A DNA stretch of 64,000 nt, from the IMG/VR virus record IMGVR_UViG_3300050821_019438; one strand, given 5' to 3'. A program made the position numbers and the translations under genes. Each line of letters starts with the position of its first letter. Positions within the stretch are counted from its first letter, which is position 1. The notes beneath the pieces were generated by a model that saw nothing but the letters and a program-made list of their open reading frames with translations, was not told the DNA's origin and made no database searches. Shown piece after piece: positions 9,508 to 18,792 of this stretch. The stretch comes from an uncultured virus (IMG/VR IMGVR_UViG_3300050821_019438) (lineage: Duplodnaviria; Heunggongvirae; Uroviricota; Caudoviricetes).

Positions 9508-10080
9508 TCAGCTCACCGCGATCTGCTGCTGCTTCGCGACCCAGTAGTTGTTGAACACCTGCACCCATCCTGGGCCGGGCGAGCCGACCTGGCACACCGC
9601 CATAAGATTGTGCGGCAGATTCGTCACACTCGACGGGCACCAAATCCAATGTTGACCGACCTGCTGCCAAACGCCATGACCGGCTTGCGGCGCGCTCGAC
9701 GGAAACGCTCCCTGCGTGTACCAGAAACCGCGAGGGTCGAACTTGGGCGCGTACTCCTTCGGAGCAGCGACGAGGTGCCCGGCGGTTTGGAGATTGGTCT
9801 TCGCCGCAGCAGGAGGCGCCGAGGAAAGCAACGGAATCTCCACGCCTTTCGACATGGTTGTTTCATCGTGGCTCACTGCTGGCTGCCCAACCCCCTCCGG
9901 TTCGGCTCCGACACCCTCCGGCTCCTTCCCCACACCCTCCGGATCCTTCACGGTGCTCTTCGTCGTCGTCGAGGCATCCGGCCACTTCTTCCTCTCACCT
10001 CCAGGAAGCAGGCCAAGGCCGCGGATGATCCCCTGTGGAAAGACGTATTCCTTGTCCAGATGACGGTCGTCGTCGCTCAT
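9508..10080 (-). CDS. Virion protein with PEGVG repeats and Trp-rich domain
   Basis: Start MSDDDR (ATGA overlap); IRGLG, three PEGVG repeats, GVWQQVGQHWIWCP. Confidence 0.65.
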   Translation of the reverse strand: MSDDDRHLDKEYVFPQGIIRGLGLLPGGERKKWPDASTTTKSTVKDPEGVGKEPEGVGAEPEGVGQPAVSHDETTMSKGVEIPLLSSAPPAAAKTNLQTAGHLVAAPKEYAPKFDPRGFWYTQGAFPSSAPQAGHGVWQQVGQHWIWCPSSVTNLPHNLMAVCQVGSPGPGWVQVFNNYWVAKQQQIAVS

Positions 10081-10565
10081 CTTGCGCTCCTTCGCTTCGC
10101 GCGTCGCACGCGCCGGAATCTTCGTTGCGTTCCGTGACCCATCCGCAGCGGGTTGGATCTCGAGGCCGCCGGAGCAACCGCCGGTCGCATCGCCGTCCAG
10201 GCGATGAACCCCAGCAGCCCGAGCAGTGCCGCGCCGCCGAGGACCCATGCCCAGGTGGGGACGGTCGAAGCGGGCGCCGCAGGAGCCGCAACGGGCGCAG
10301 CAACCGGACCGAGATAGGACACCGGCGGAACCACGAGCGATGTGGATGGAGGCGGAGGGAGCTCCATCCCACCCACGATCGGCGTCGTGTCCGCGACCAC
10401 CGCAGGACCGGGCGGTGTCGCGTCGGCGATGGGAGGAAGAGGCACCGGCGCGGGCATCGTGGCGGGTGCGAACTCGGACCCGGTCATTTGTCCAAGTCCT
10501 GTCGGCCCTGCGGGACCTATGGGAGGAGCGCCGTTTTGAACGGCGGGCGTAGCTGTTGCTTCCAT
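10077..10565 (-). CDS. Pro-rich membrane protein with C-terminal NP motif and Arg-rich tail
   Basis: PTGLGQ; TM WAWVLGGAALLGLLGFIAW; SRSNPLR...RRFRRVRR. Confidence 0.7.
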   Translation of the reverse strand: MEATATPAVQNGAPPIGPAGPTGLGQMTGSEFAPATMPAPVPLPPIADATPPGPAVVADTTPIVGGMELPPPPSTSLVVPPVSYLGPVAAPVAAPAAPASTVPTWAWVLGGAALLGLLGFIAWTAMRPAVAPAASRSNPLRMGHGTQRRFRRVRRAKRRSAR

Positions 10566-10603
10566 GCGCCTACAGTATCAGGCACTCCCAGGCTCGTCGA
10601 GAA

Positions 10604-11356
10604 TCACTGCGCTGAACCCTCGAGAGCGAGATAGACCACGCCGCCGAGCACTACGATTCCCAGCAGCCCGACGACCACCATCGCCGTCGTGGACATGCCA
10701 GTCGGAGCTGCGACAGGCGGCGCGTAATACTGCGTCGGTTGAGACTGGGCCCCCGCGAGCAAGGCCACCATCGCGGCATCGTTCACGACCGATGAGCTAG
10801 CAATCGGCGGGATAGCGCCTGGGTACACGTACCATGCGGCCTTGTACTGCGTGTTCACGAAAGCCGGCGGCGACGGAGGAGTGGGAACGGAGATGACCGG
10901 AGACTCGCCTGGAGCCAACGCCTGAATCTTACCTACTCCGTTGGGAAGTCCCATCACGCCTCCAATGACCGTACCTGATCCACCGAGCCCGCCCGTCTTG
11001 GACACGTAATGCGTTCCGTGCCCCGTGCTTTCCACGAACAGCCCATCGACGCAGATCCAGATTTCGTTCTTGCCGCCCTTTTGATACTTGCCGGTCTTGG
11101 CGTCGTAGCCGGTGTAAACGAACTTGAAGAGGTATCCTCCGAAAGTGAAGTATCGAGGAACCCCGACCGTGGACAGGTAGTAATCGAAGATCTTTTCGTA
11201 GTTGAACGCGGTACCTTCAACCGTGACGGCAATACCGTGTCCGCGCGTGATCACGCGCATCCAATGCTTGCACTGACGAGGATTGTTGGTCGGGACGATC
11301 CACTCCGGCGGAGTGGCGCCGAGACCCCGCACCAGCGCTGGATTGAACGCGTTCAC
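10604..11356 (-). CDS. C-terminally anchored virion protein
   Basis: GTG start, VRGLG near N-terminus, globular domain, C-terminal TM. Confidence 0.7.
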   Translation of the reverse strand: MNAFNPALVRGLGATPPEWIVPTNNPRQCKHWMRVITRGHGIAVTVEGTAFNYEKIFDYYLSTVGVPRYFTFGGYLFKFVYTGYDAKTGKYQKGGKNEIWICVDGLFVESTGHGTHYVSKTGGLGGSGTVIGGVMGLPNGVGKIQALAPGESPVISVPTPPSPPAFVNTQYKAAWYVYPGAIPPIASSSVVNDAAMVALLAGAQSQPTQYYAPPVAAPTGMSTTAMVVVGLLGIVVLGGVVYLALEGSAQ

Positions 11357-11365
11357 GTCTACCCC

Positions 11366-12745
11366 TTAGTCGAGGAGGTAGTACGCGCCCACTCCCGCAC
11401 CGCCGAGCAGCAGCAATGCCCAGAGCCACGCATAGGACGTGGGCACGACCGTCATCGTGGGCGCCCACGCCCAGTATCCGGGACCCGAGTTGATCCACTG
11501 CCCGACACCTGCGGCCGTTCCTGCGAGCTGAGGCGGGGGCGCGGTCGGCCTCGGCAGACCTGGGTTCGGAACCCCGAGAAGTTGATCGGAGTTCGTGAAC
11601 ACGAAGTACGTGTTGACTACGGCGAGCGTGCGAGGAGGTGACGGATACCACATCCAGAAGTGCGGGCGAACCAAGGCCCACACGCCAGGAAGCGTCACAC
11701 CTGGCGGCGGAGCGTTCGGTCGAGATCCGGGCGTCGGCGTCACGAGGACCCAGCTGAACTGACCCAGTCCAGGCGCCGTGACGAACGTCGGAACCCCGGG
11801 AGCCGGAGCATTCGGAGGAAGCGGCAGCGCGAAGAAAGCGGGACCGAGAGGATTCGCGGAATACTGCACCTGAGAGGCGCCTGTTGACGAGAAGGCCACG
11901 CCGACAACCGCTGCGCCTCCTGCTGCCACGGGCACGACCGGTGGCGAGACCGGCACGACCGCCGTATTGACAGTGCATCGGCTAATCACGCCGGTGGACG
12001 GGTTGTACCGTAGAGATGCTCCTCCACCGAGGGTGAAGTAGAGCCGACTGTCAGCGGCTACGGCGCCTCCTCCAGACGTGAGATACGAATTGAGGTTGGC
12101 GACCACCTGAGCATAGGAGTAGCCGTGAAACGAATTCGTCGAAGGCAACGACACCCAGCTGCTTCCGTTGGGGCACGTCACCAGTGGGGTAAAAGTGGTG
12201 ATCGTGCTCACTTGACCGAGACCCCGTACGAGCCTGGTCGCGTCCTGCGCGAACGCACCCTCTTGTCCGACACCGGTCGGAAGACCGTTGATGCCTTGGA
12301 AGTGCCCCGGCGTATGGTATACGGCGCCACGAGGGAAGAGTCCCTCATTGCCAGCCGACAACTCCTCGGAAGGTCCGCTCGAACCCGCTGCTGGTCCGAG
12401 GCGACCGCCGCCCTCACCGCCCACGTTGGACGCCGAGCCTGAAGAAGTCCCGCCCGAACCGATGTTGCCTCGCGGTCCACCGCCGGAGCTTCGAGGCTCC
12501 GGGGTCAAGTTCGTTCCTCCTGGTGTGACTTCACGCCAACCGCCAGGCTGTCCGACTCCTGCCGGCATTCCGGCGACACCGTGGAAGTGCTCTGGCGTGT
12601 GATAGATGGCTTCCTGCGTCGTCGGCGCTCGCAGCGTCAGACCCAATCCTGTGATCGGCATCGCGAAAGCTCGATCTCGAGGAGGACTCGCGGGAGCGCG
12701 TCCAAATCCAAGGTGACGAACGTCGAAGGCGCAATCCTGGGTCAT
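11366..12745 (-). CDS. C-terminally anchored virion protein (spike/adhesin-like), paralog of 12812..13438
   Basis: Seven G[LVF]G motifs before the TM, duplicated YHTPxHFxG unit, TM ending YYLLD. Confidence 0.7.
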   Translation of the reverse strand: MTQDCAFDVRHLGFGRAPASPPRDRAFAMPITGLGLTLRAPTTQEAIYHTPEHFHGVAGMPAGVGQPGGWREVTPGGTNLTPEPRSSGGGPRGNIGSGGTSSGSASNVGGEGGGRLGPAAGSSGPSEELSAGNEGLFPRGAVYHTPGHFQGINGLPTGVGQEGAFAQDATRLVRGLGQVSTITTFTPLVTCPNGSSWVSLPSTNSFHGYSYAQVVANLNSYLTSGGGAVAADSRLYFTLGGGASLRYNPSTGVISRCTVNTAVVPVSPPVVPVAAGGAAVVGVAFSSTGASQVQYSANPLGPAFFALPLPPNAPAPGVPTFVTAPGLGQFSWVLVTPTPGSRPNAPPPGVTLPGVWALVRPHFWMWYPSPPRTLAVVNTYFVFTNSDQLLGVPNPGLPRPTAPPPQLAGTAAGVGQWINSGPGYWAWAPTMTVVPTSYAWLWALLLLGGAGVGAYYLLD

Positions 12746-12811
12746 GGGCGGTCTCTCCTACCTGAGGAGACAGGGTAAACTAGCCTGAGGGGTACCGCAA
12801 CCACCCGATTT

Positions 12812-13438
12812 TTAGTCGATCAGGTAGTAGCCAGCGACCCCGACCGCCCCGAGCCCGAGCAGCACCCAAAGCCAGGTGTAACTCGTCGGCTGAACCTGGC
12901 CCGCCGGAGCGGGCCCCACGCCGTGCGTGGCCAGAATCGCAGCCATCGCGGCAGGGTTGTTGAGCACGGCGATGGGCGGCGCTCCCGAAACGACGATCGG
13001 CGCGGAGCCTCCTGCCTGATGAGCGGCGATAGAGCTCTCGTTCGCGCAAACGCTCACGTTGCCGAAGCCAGGAGTATACATCAACGGTAAACCGGTCTTC
13101 GTCCCCATGTGGAAATAGAAGTTACCGTCAGAGGCAGCTTTCGACGGATACAGGACCGCCCAGCTTCTCATCCATTTGACGAGAGCTCCCGTAAGCTGAG
13201 GCACATTAGGTGACGACGGCGAAGGCGGGTATGCACTCACCCAGGAGTAACCGGCCGGACACGAAATGGGCGTAGCCGACGAAAACAGCATGACCCCGCC
13301 AGGAGGCATGGCCGACAGTCCTACGCCCGTCGGCTTACTGGGTGCAGGCGGCGTCCACGCAAACGCGCGGTCGCTCGCGGAGCCCGGTGCGTCAGACGGC
13401 ACACGACCGAGTCCTTGAATGGGGAAAGCGTAGTCCAT
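12812..13438 (-). CDS. C-terminally anchored virion protein, paralog of 11366..12745
   Basis: IQGLG, DRAFA, CPAGYSWVS, TM ending YYLID. Confidence 0.7.
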   Translation of the reverse strand: MDYAFPIQGLGRVPSDAPGSASDRAFAWTPPAPSKPTGVGLSAMPPGGVMLFSSATPISCPAGYSWVSAYPPSPSSPNVPQLTGALVKWMRSWAVLYPSKAASDGNFYFHMGTKTGLPLMYTPGFGNVSVCANESSIAAHQAGGSAPIVVSGAPPIAVLNNPAAMAAILATHGVGPAPAGQVQPTSYTWLWVLLGLGAVGVAGYYLID

Positions 13439-13447
13439 GTCCTCTCC

Positions 13448-13717
13448 TTACTCGGTCGTATAGTAGACGATGGCGGCAAGAATCGCGACTCCTACCGCTC
13501 CGGCCAAAACATAGGGCACGTACGCGGTCGCGGGCGGAACAGCCGAGGCAACAGAAGACGCCGCTGCGACAGCCTGTAGATTTTGCTGCGCCGCTAGTGT
13601 CGTTGGACTCCAACTCGTAAGACCAGCCTGCGCGTCAGCGATTTGAGCGTCGTTGAACGCCATCGCGGCGTTCGTGATGGCGTCGCTCTGCGCTTGCGTG
13701 ATCCCGAGACCTCTCAT
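13448..13717 (-). CDS. Small membrane protein
   Basis: Start MRGLGITQ (ATGA overlap); C-terminal TM. Confidence 0.7.
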   Translation of the reverse strand: MRGLGITQAQSDAITNAAMAFNDAQIADAQAGLTSWSPTTLAAQQNLQAVAAASSVASAVPPATAYVPYVLAGAVGVAILAAIVYYTTE

Positions 13718-15198
13718 CGCCGAAACAGCCTTCCCGTTCGCGCTGCCGCGAGTCTCGCCGTCTCCACAGGAGAGGTGCGCGTATACGCCGAGTACCCGAG
13801 CACGCCGATGAGAAGCGCACCCGCGGCGCCCGCGGCGACCGCGCCGACCTTGCTCGAGGTGGTGAGAGAGGGAGTAAGAGCAACGGGTGTCGCAAGAACA
13901 GGCGGAGTCGTCCAACACTCGGGACCCGTCCAGTTCGCACCCTGCGCCAAGGCTCGCGCCATTGCAGAGTAGTCCGCAAGAAGCTGATGAACCGTAAGCT
14001 GAGCCTGCGTCATAGACCAACCGACGCCCTGAAGAGTGTGCCCCGGATACCCGAGCTCGAACTTCTGCCCTCCATTCGGTTGAGTTGAGCCAAATACGTT
14101 TCCGTGTAGGCTCAAAATGTACGCCTGAATGGATAGCTCACTGACGATCGACATCGGCGAGGCACCGCGACTCAGCATGCCAAGAACGGTCGCCATGGCG
14201 TTGATGCCGTCAGGGTTTCGATAAATGGTCTGCCCAGACGTCAAAAAACTGCTGTTGCTTGCATTACCGTAGAGGGTCATTCCAAAATACAGAGGGTCCG
14301 GTCGTCTCTGTTGAGCTCTCTGAACGATGACCTCTTGCGTCAGCGTGTTGCTCACACCCTGCGTCGACTGAATCCACGTATTTTGCAGCGAATCAGCGCT
14401 GTCTTTGGAATTTTTCCGATACAGGTCTAGTACACAATTTCCGACGAGCCCACCGGGCCCTGAATTCGTTGGCGTCGACCAATTCCACCACACGGGTGTG
14501 CAAAGTGCCTGCTCTTCACTTTTCCCGTTATTGCCATTCGCATTGGGAACGGATTGCAGAGATATTCCGTTGACGTCTTCGTTCAATGCCGCCGGTCCGT
14601 AATTCGGCAAGATCTGCAAAAACAAATCAGTAGCCAGTGCTCCGAACGCGAGTTTCCTCCACGTAGACTCTCTCTTCGAAATCGTCGGAGGATGAGCGAC
14701 GGCACACCAATCGGCCATGGCCCAGCCTTGAGGGTTGTTCGACCGAGGGTCGCGGTACGTGCTCGCATAACTGAGTACGCGCTGCGTGATGACCTCGGTC
14801 GCTTGACTCACACCACCGGTTCCGGTGACACCCAAGAACGTTCCAGCGCTCGCAAGACCTTCAACGAGTCCCGCTACAGCACCGACTGCCGCTCCATAAG
14901 GTCCAGCGATAGAAGCCCCGGCTAGAGCTCCGCTCAGAACATCGGAGGCCATGGTGGCGACTTGTGCGTACTCGCCGCCACCAATGCTGCCGATGAAAGA
15001 AATGCCCGCCTGAGCAAGCGACGCAATCGAGTCCGAGCTACCGCTCTGAATCGCATTGACGAGATTCTGTCCATGCGAAATGGCTTCGGACGGGTTGGAA
15101 GGAATGCTCGAGAGCTGGTTCTGAGGATTGTTGAGCTGAGAGATCAGCCCAGAGGCTGACGGCGGTATCGCCGGTTGCCCCAGTCCTCGAGCGCGCAT
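13714..15198 (-). CDS. Large membrane-associated virion protein with glycine zipper (possible entry protein)
   Basis: MRARGLGQ start; GALAGASIAGPYGAAVGAVAG; C-terminal TM; visibly lower GC than flanks. Confidence 0.65.
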   Translation of the reverse strand: MRARGLGQPAIPPSASGLISQLNNPQNQLSSIPSNPSEAISHGQNLVNAIQSGSSDSIASLAQAGISFIGSIGGGEYAQVATMASDVLSGALAGASIAGPYGAAVGAVAGLVEGLASAGTFLGVTGTGGVSQATEVITQRVLSYASTYRDPRSNNPQGWAMADWCAVAHPPTISKRESTWRKLAFGALATDLFLQILPNYGPAALNEDVNGISLQSVPNANGNNGKSEEQALCTPVWWNWSTPTNSGPGGLVGNCVLDLYRKNSKDSADSLQNTWIQSTQGVSNTLTQEVIVQRAQQRRPDPLYFGMTLYGNASNSSFLTSGQTIYRNPDGINAMATVLGMLSRGASPMSIVSELSIQAYILSLHGNVFGSTQPNGGQKFELGYPGHTLQGVGWSMTQAQLTVHQLLADYSAMARALAQGANWTGPECWTTPPVLATPVALTPSLTTSSKVGAVAAGAAGALLIGVLGYSAYTRTSPVETARLAAARTGRLFRR

Positions 15199-15246
15199 GC
15201 GCCCAGCCTACATCGGTCCCTCGTTGAACGCTACGGAACGCAACGT

Positions 15247-16962
15247 TCAGCCCCAGAGCGGCCCGGACGGCACCGGGATCGTCGGCTTTTTCGGAGCCGG
15301 CGGCGCAGGCGGAGGCGCAGGTCGAGGAGGAGGCGCGGCCTGTACTGGCATAGCCGATATCGGCGGAGGTACCGGCGCCTGTTGCGGCGGCGCCGCGGGA
15401 AGTACCTGTGTCACAGGCTGCTGCGCTCGCGTCACGGCGTTGGCGAGCTCGATTCGCTGCTTCACCGCACCCGCAGTCAAAGCCGCCTGGTGGTCGATGA
15501 TCTTTCGGTACTGGTCGACACCCTTCGTGATCGCATCGCTGATCTTGGGAAGCGCACCCACGAGCGTTGGCGCCCATGCAACCTTCCCCGTTGCACGATC
15601 GAGCGCCATGGAGATTCCACCCACGTCTTGGGTCAGCATCGCAGGCGGCACCTGCGGCGCATCCTGCGGCCCGTCGTCCGGCTCGTCATCGACGACCGGT
15701 GCTTGCGGCGCGAAGCCTGCGAACATGTCCTGCATGGATCGCATCCCGCCCAAGACCTCGGACATCATCGAGACGGTTCCTCGAATCTGCTGCGGAAAAG
15801 TCGGCTGAGGAGGCGGAGGCGGAGCTTGAACGATGACCTGAGCAGGCTGCGCTGGAGCAACGGCGACGGGCAGCTGACCGACTCCGGCCGGACCAACCGG
15901 GACAGGCGCGTACGCCGCCATCGGCGGTGCCGGCATCATGCCGCCCGGCACGCGCACGTAACCCGGGGGGACCGGATACTGCTCAGACGGAAGAGAAATG
16001 AAGCCGGCTGGCGGCTGTGGCTTCCTCACCTCGGCGATCATCTCTTTGAGCGTTGCCATCGTTGCAGCATTCGTTGCCTGCATCATCTCGAACAACGCGC
16101 GGTTCGGATCGAACGCCCCGGGGACAGGCGCCGGTGCCGGCGGAGGCGGCATGTAGATGGGCTGAGGCGCAGGAGCAGGCGCCGGGGGCGCCACTTGCTG
16201 CACCGGAGCTGCTGGTGGCGGCGGCTGATTGATCATGATGATGCGCTCTTGCTGCGGCGCTTGCGGCTGCTGCGGAGGAGGCCATGGATATCCTGGAGGA
16301 GGTCCGCCGTATCCTTGGCCACCACCTTGCGGACCGATTCCACCCTGACCTGAGTATCCGCCCGGGTACTGCTGCGGTACCGGTTGCTGCGGAGCTGCTG
16401 GCGTATTGATGACTTGCACCGCCGCAGGCGCGGTCTTGTCAGGCATGTGCAAGTCCGCTGCACCTCGCTCTGCACCTGAGCTCGATCGGAACGAGACGCG
16501 ATACTTTGCCGGACCGTTCGCTCCGTGATGCCCTGCTACGTAGGTGTAGAGGTCCGAGGCATTCTTGATGACCGAACCCATGGCCGGCGGCAGCGACGCT
16601 CTCGGTCCAGGCTCCACGCGGGACACCAAGATGATCATCGAGCCCCACTCGAGCGCGAAAACCATCGTGAGGTTCTGGATGAGCTCGAGAGCGTCGTCGG
16701 CATTCCACGGGACGCTCTTGCCAAGCGCCTTGTCGCGCAGCTTGCCGGCCATTCTTTTGTTCTTGCGATCACTCTCCACAGTGAGAGATCCGATGAGCTT
16801 GGCCTGATCTTCGGAAACCTCTCCCTCCATGGCGACAGTGCCGTCCGGATTGGTGGGTACGTGCGATGACGACGTCACGCGCGTTACGTCACCCATATCG
16901 ACGCTTCCGTCGTCGCCGGCTCCAGACACTTCCCCACCACGTCGAACACGATGACGAGCCAT
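15247..16962 (-). CDS. Pro/Gln-rich hypothetical protein
   Basis: 571 aa; globular N-terminal third, then low-complexity and Met-rich amphipathic segments. Confidence 0.7.
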   Translation of the reverse strand: MARHRVRRGGEVSGAGDDGSVDMGDVTRVTSSSHVPTNPDGTVAMEGEVSEDQAKLIGSLTVESDRKNKRMAGKLRDKALGKSVPWNADDALELIQNLTMVFALEWGSMIILVSRVEPGPRASLPPAMGSVIKNASDLYTYVAGHHGANGPAKYRVSFRSSSGAERGAADLHMPDKTAPAAVQVINTPAAPQQPVPQQYPGGYSGQGGIGPQGGGQGYGGPPPGYPWPPPQQPQAPQQERIIMINQPPPPAAPVQQVAPPAPAPAPQPIYMPPPPAPAPVPGAFDPNRALFEMMQATNAATMATLKEMIAEVRKPQPPAGFISLPSEQYPVPPGYVRVPGGMMPAPPMAAYAPVPVGPAGVGQLPVAVAPAQPAQVIVQAPPPPPQPTFPQQIRGTVSMMSEVLGGMRSMQDMFAGFAPQAPVVDDEPDDGPQDAPQVPPAMLTQDVGGISMALDRATGKVAWAPTLVGALPKISDAITKGVDQYRKIIDHQAALTAGAVKQRIELANAVTRAQQPVTQVLPAAPPQQAPVPPPISAMPVQAAPPPRPAPPPAPPAPKKPTIPVPSGPLWG

Positions 16963-16998
16963 GGTCCTTCTCTTTCTTCCGTTACTTCAGTGGCGACT

Positions 16999-17322
16999 TC
17001 ATGCGATGACAACTGGATCCGCGAGGACTTTGCACTTCAGTCCGGCCGCGAGCTGGTGTGTATAAAGGTCACGAAAAGGCGCCGCCTGGTCCGTGCCTGC
17101 TGGAAAGTTCGCGACGTACGCAGCGGTGTTGATCGCGAAGACGAGCGTCCGATTTGCCGTCCCTCCCGTAAGCGTCGTGTTGTCCGAGGTCAATGTGCAT
17201 CCCGTCATCTGGGAGATAGGCAGCGGGTCGAGGGTAATCGCCGCCATCGCGGCGGCGAGCGCCGTCGGCGTGATGGGACCCTGAACCGTAGCGTGGTACG
17301 TGAGGGTCGCGGTTGCGCTCAC
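16999..17322 (-). CDS. Hypothetical protein (Thr/Ala-rich)
   Basis: GTGA overlap with upstream gene. Confidence 0.6.
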   Translation of the reverse strand: MSATATLTYHATVQGPITPTALAAAMAAITLDPLPISQMTGCTLTSDNTTLTGGTANRTLVFAINTAAYVANFPAGTDQAAPFRDLYTHQLAAGLKCKVLADPVVIA

Positions 17323-17825
17323 GACGTCACCGCAGGAGGTGCGCCGTTCGCGACCGGCAACGATCCAGCTTCGGGCTCGTCAGGCTCGAGATCGTCATCA
17401 TCATCGTCATCCGGCGCGTTGGCTTCTTCCAACATCTCCTGCCAGACGTTGAACTTCGCGATGGTCAGCGTCCGCCGAATGGTCAGCGGATAGAGCGTGA
17501 TGACGATCGCGGTCTGCTGACGCTCAAACTCGCTGCCCGGGACCGGGACGGCGTAGACGTCCACGGAGGCGTCCTCGTTCGGGATCATGTCGACGATTCG
17601 AAGCGCCTGCCGCCCCGCCGTCCCCTCGATCTCTTTGCCATACGTGACGGGGTCGTTCGGATCGGTTCCGCGACTCAGCGTGGCGTCGGAACCGGGAACC
17701 CATCCGCCGAGTTGCCACATCTCGCCGTCGACGAGCGCGACGGTGAAGAGCTTCGGCGGCGGACGGTTCGGGTCGGGCTGCGGCGCAGACTGACCGTTAG
17801 GCTGCTGAACGATGGGCTGAGTCAT
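17319..17825 (-). CDS. Hypothetical protein with acidic C-terminus
   Basis: 168 aa, poly-Asp tract, ATGA overlap. Confidence 0.65.
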   Translation of the reverse strand: MTQPIVQQPNGQSAPQPDPNRPPPKLFTVALVDGEMWQLGGWVPGSDATLSRGTDPNDPVTYGKEIEGTAGRQALRIVDMIPNEDASVDVYAVPVPGSEFERQQTAIVITLYPLTIRRTLTIAKFNVWQEMLEEANAPDDDDDDDLEPDEPEAGSLPVANGAPPAVTS

Positions 17826-18118
17826 GAACGTGCTCCTTTGGCCGGCGTCTTACCCGGCGGTGATTTTCTTGGCGGCGGCTGCGGCATGCCGACAACGTCT
17901 TCACGTCGGTACACCTGACCGCCCATGCCGGTGAAGATGCCGTGCAGAGCGCTCTGCAAGAACTCCGCTCCAGCCTTGCTCGTCAGGTAGTCCGATATCC
18001 CGTCAAGGACTCCATGATGAAGCGTGGCCGACACCATCAGATCAGCGTCGGGAGTGATTTCCAGCGCCGACGAAATGATCTTCACGGACTTGGCAGGCTG
18101 CCGAACACGCTTCTTCAT
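17822..18118 (-). CDS. Hypothetical protein
   Basis: 98 aa, translationally coupled on both sides. Confidence 0.6.
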   Translation of the reverse strand: MKKRVRQPAKSVKIISSALEITPDADLMVSATLHHGVLDGISDYLTSKAGAEFLQSALHGIFTGMGGQVYRREDVVGMPQPPPRKSPPGKTPAKGARS

Positions 18119-18792
18119 GAAAGTCTTGCTCCTTTAGGAAGCGTGAGAGCCTCCTCCACGGACATTTTTCGGAGGCGACTATGCAAGCCGCCTCTGGACA
18201 TACCGAGCACGTTCATCCAATCCACGAGACACATTTCTCGACCGTCCGGATGCCTCAATAAACGATTGCGTGACGTGTTCCTAGCTTGTTCGTCGGCAGT
18301 CCCCCACTTGATGTTCCTTTTCAAGCCAGCTTTACGGCACTCCGAACATTGACCGCAGGAGTAATGCCCGTCGAGGTCTGGACGCTCCACCGAATCTTTC
18401 GATGCTGGCCTCTCTCCCATAATGGAGAAAAATCCCTCAAATGTACTGAGGTCCTCACAATATCGAATACCTCGACCGATGTACCTGTGTGCGTTATGCC
18501 TGTTCGGATTCGTAGTTCTTTGCTTCATGTTCATGAAGGCATTGAACTCGACGGTTTCGTGTCCGTGACTAGCGGCACCGTGCGTCACACTACATGTCTG
18601 CTTGTAACAGCCGCACGACGTCGTATGACCCTTTCGAAGATTGAACCCCCACACAACTTTGACCTTTGAACCGCAGTCACATTGAACAAGCCATCGACTC
18701 TGCAAACCCGATTTGCCGCAGACCTCGCTCTCGGCTCTCGAGAGTACGAGCAGCATACCGAAACGACGGCCTGTCAGGTCAACCAGTCTCAC
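18115..18792 (-). CDS. HNH-type homing endonuclease-like protein
   Basis: GTG at 18792; DLTGRRFG, CDCG, SCGC, YIGRGI, SVERPDLDGHY, NIKWGTADEQARN; lower GC. Confidence 0.8.
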   Translation of the reverse strand: MRLVDLTGRRFGMLLVLSRAESEVCGKSGLQSRWLVQCDCGSKVKVVWGFNLRKGHTTSCGCYKQTCSVTHGAASHGHETVEFNAFMNMKQRTTNPNRHNAHRYIGRGIRYCEDLSTFEGFFSIMGERPASKDSVERPDLDGHYSCGQCSECRKAGLKRNIKWGTADEQARNTSRNRLLRHPDGREMCLVDWMNVLGMSRGGLHSRLRKMSVEEALTLPKGARLS

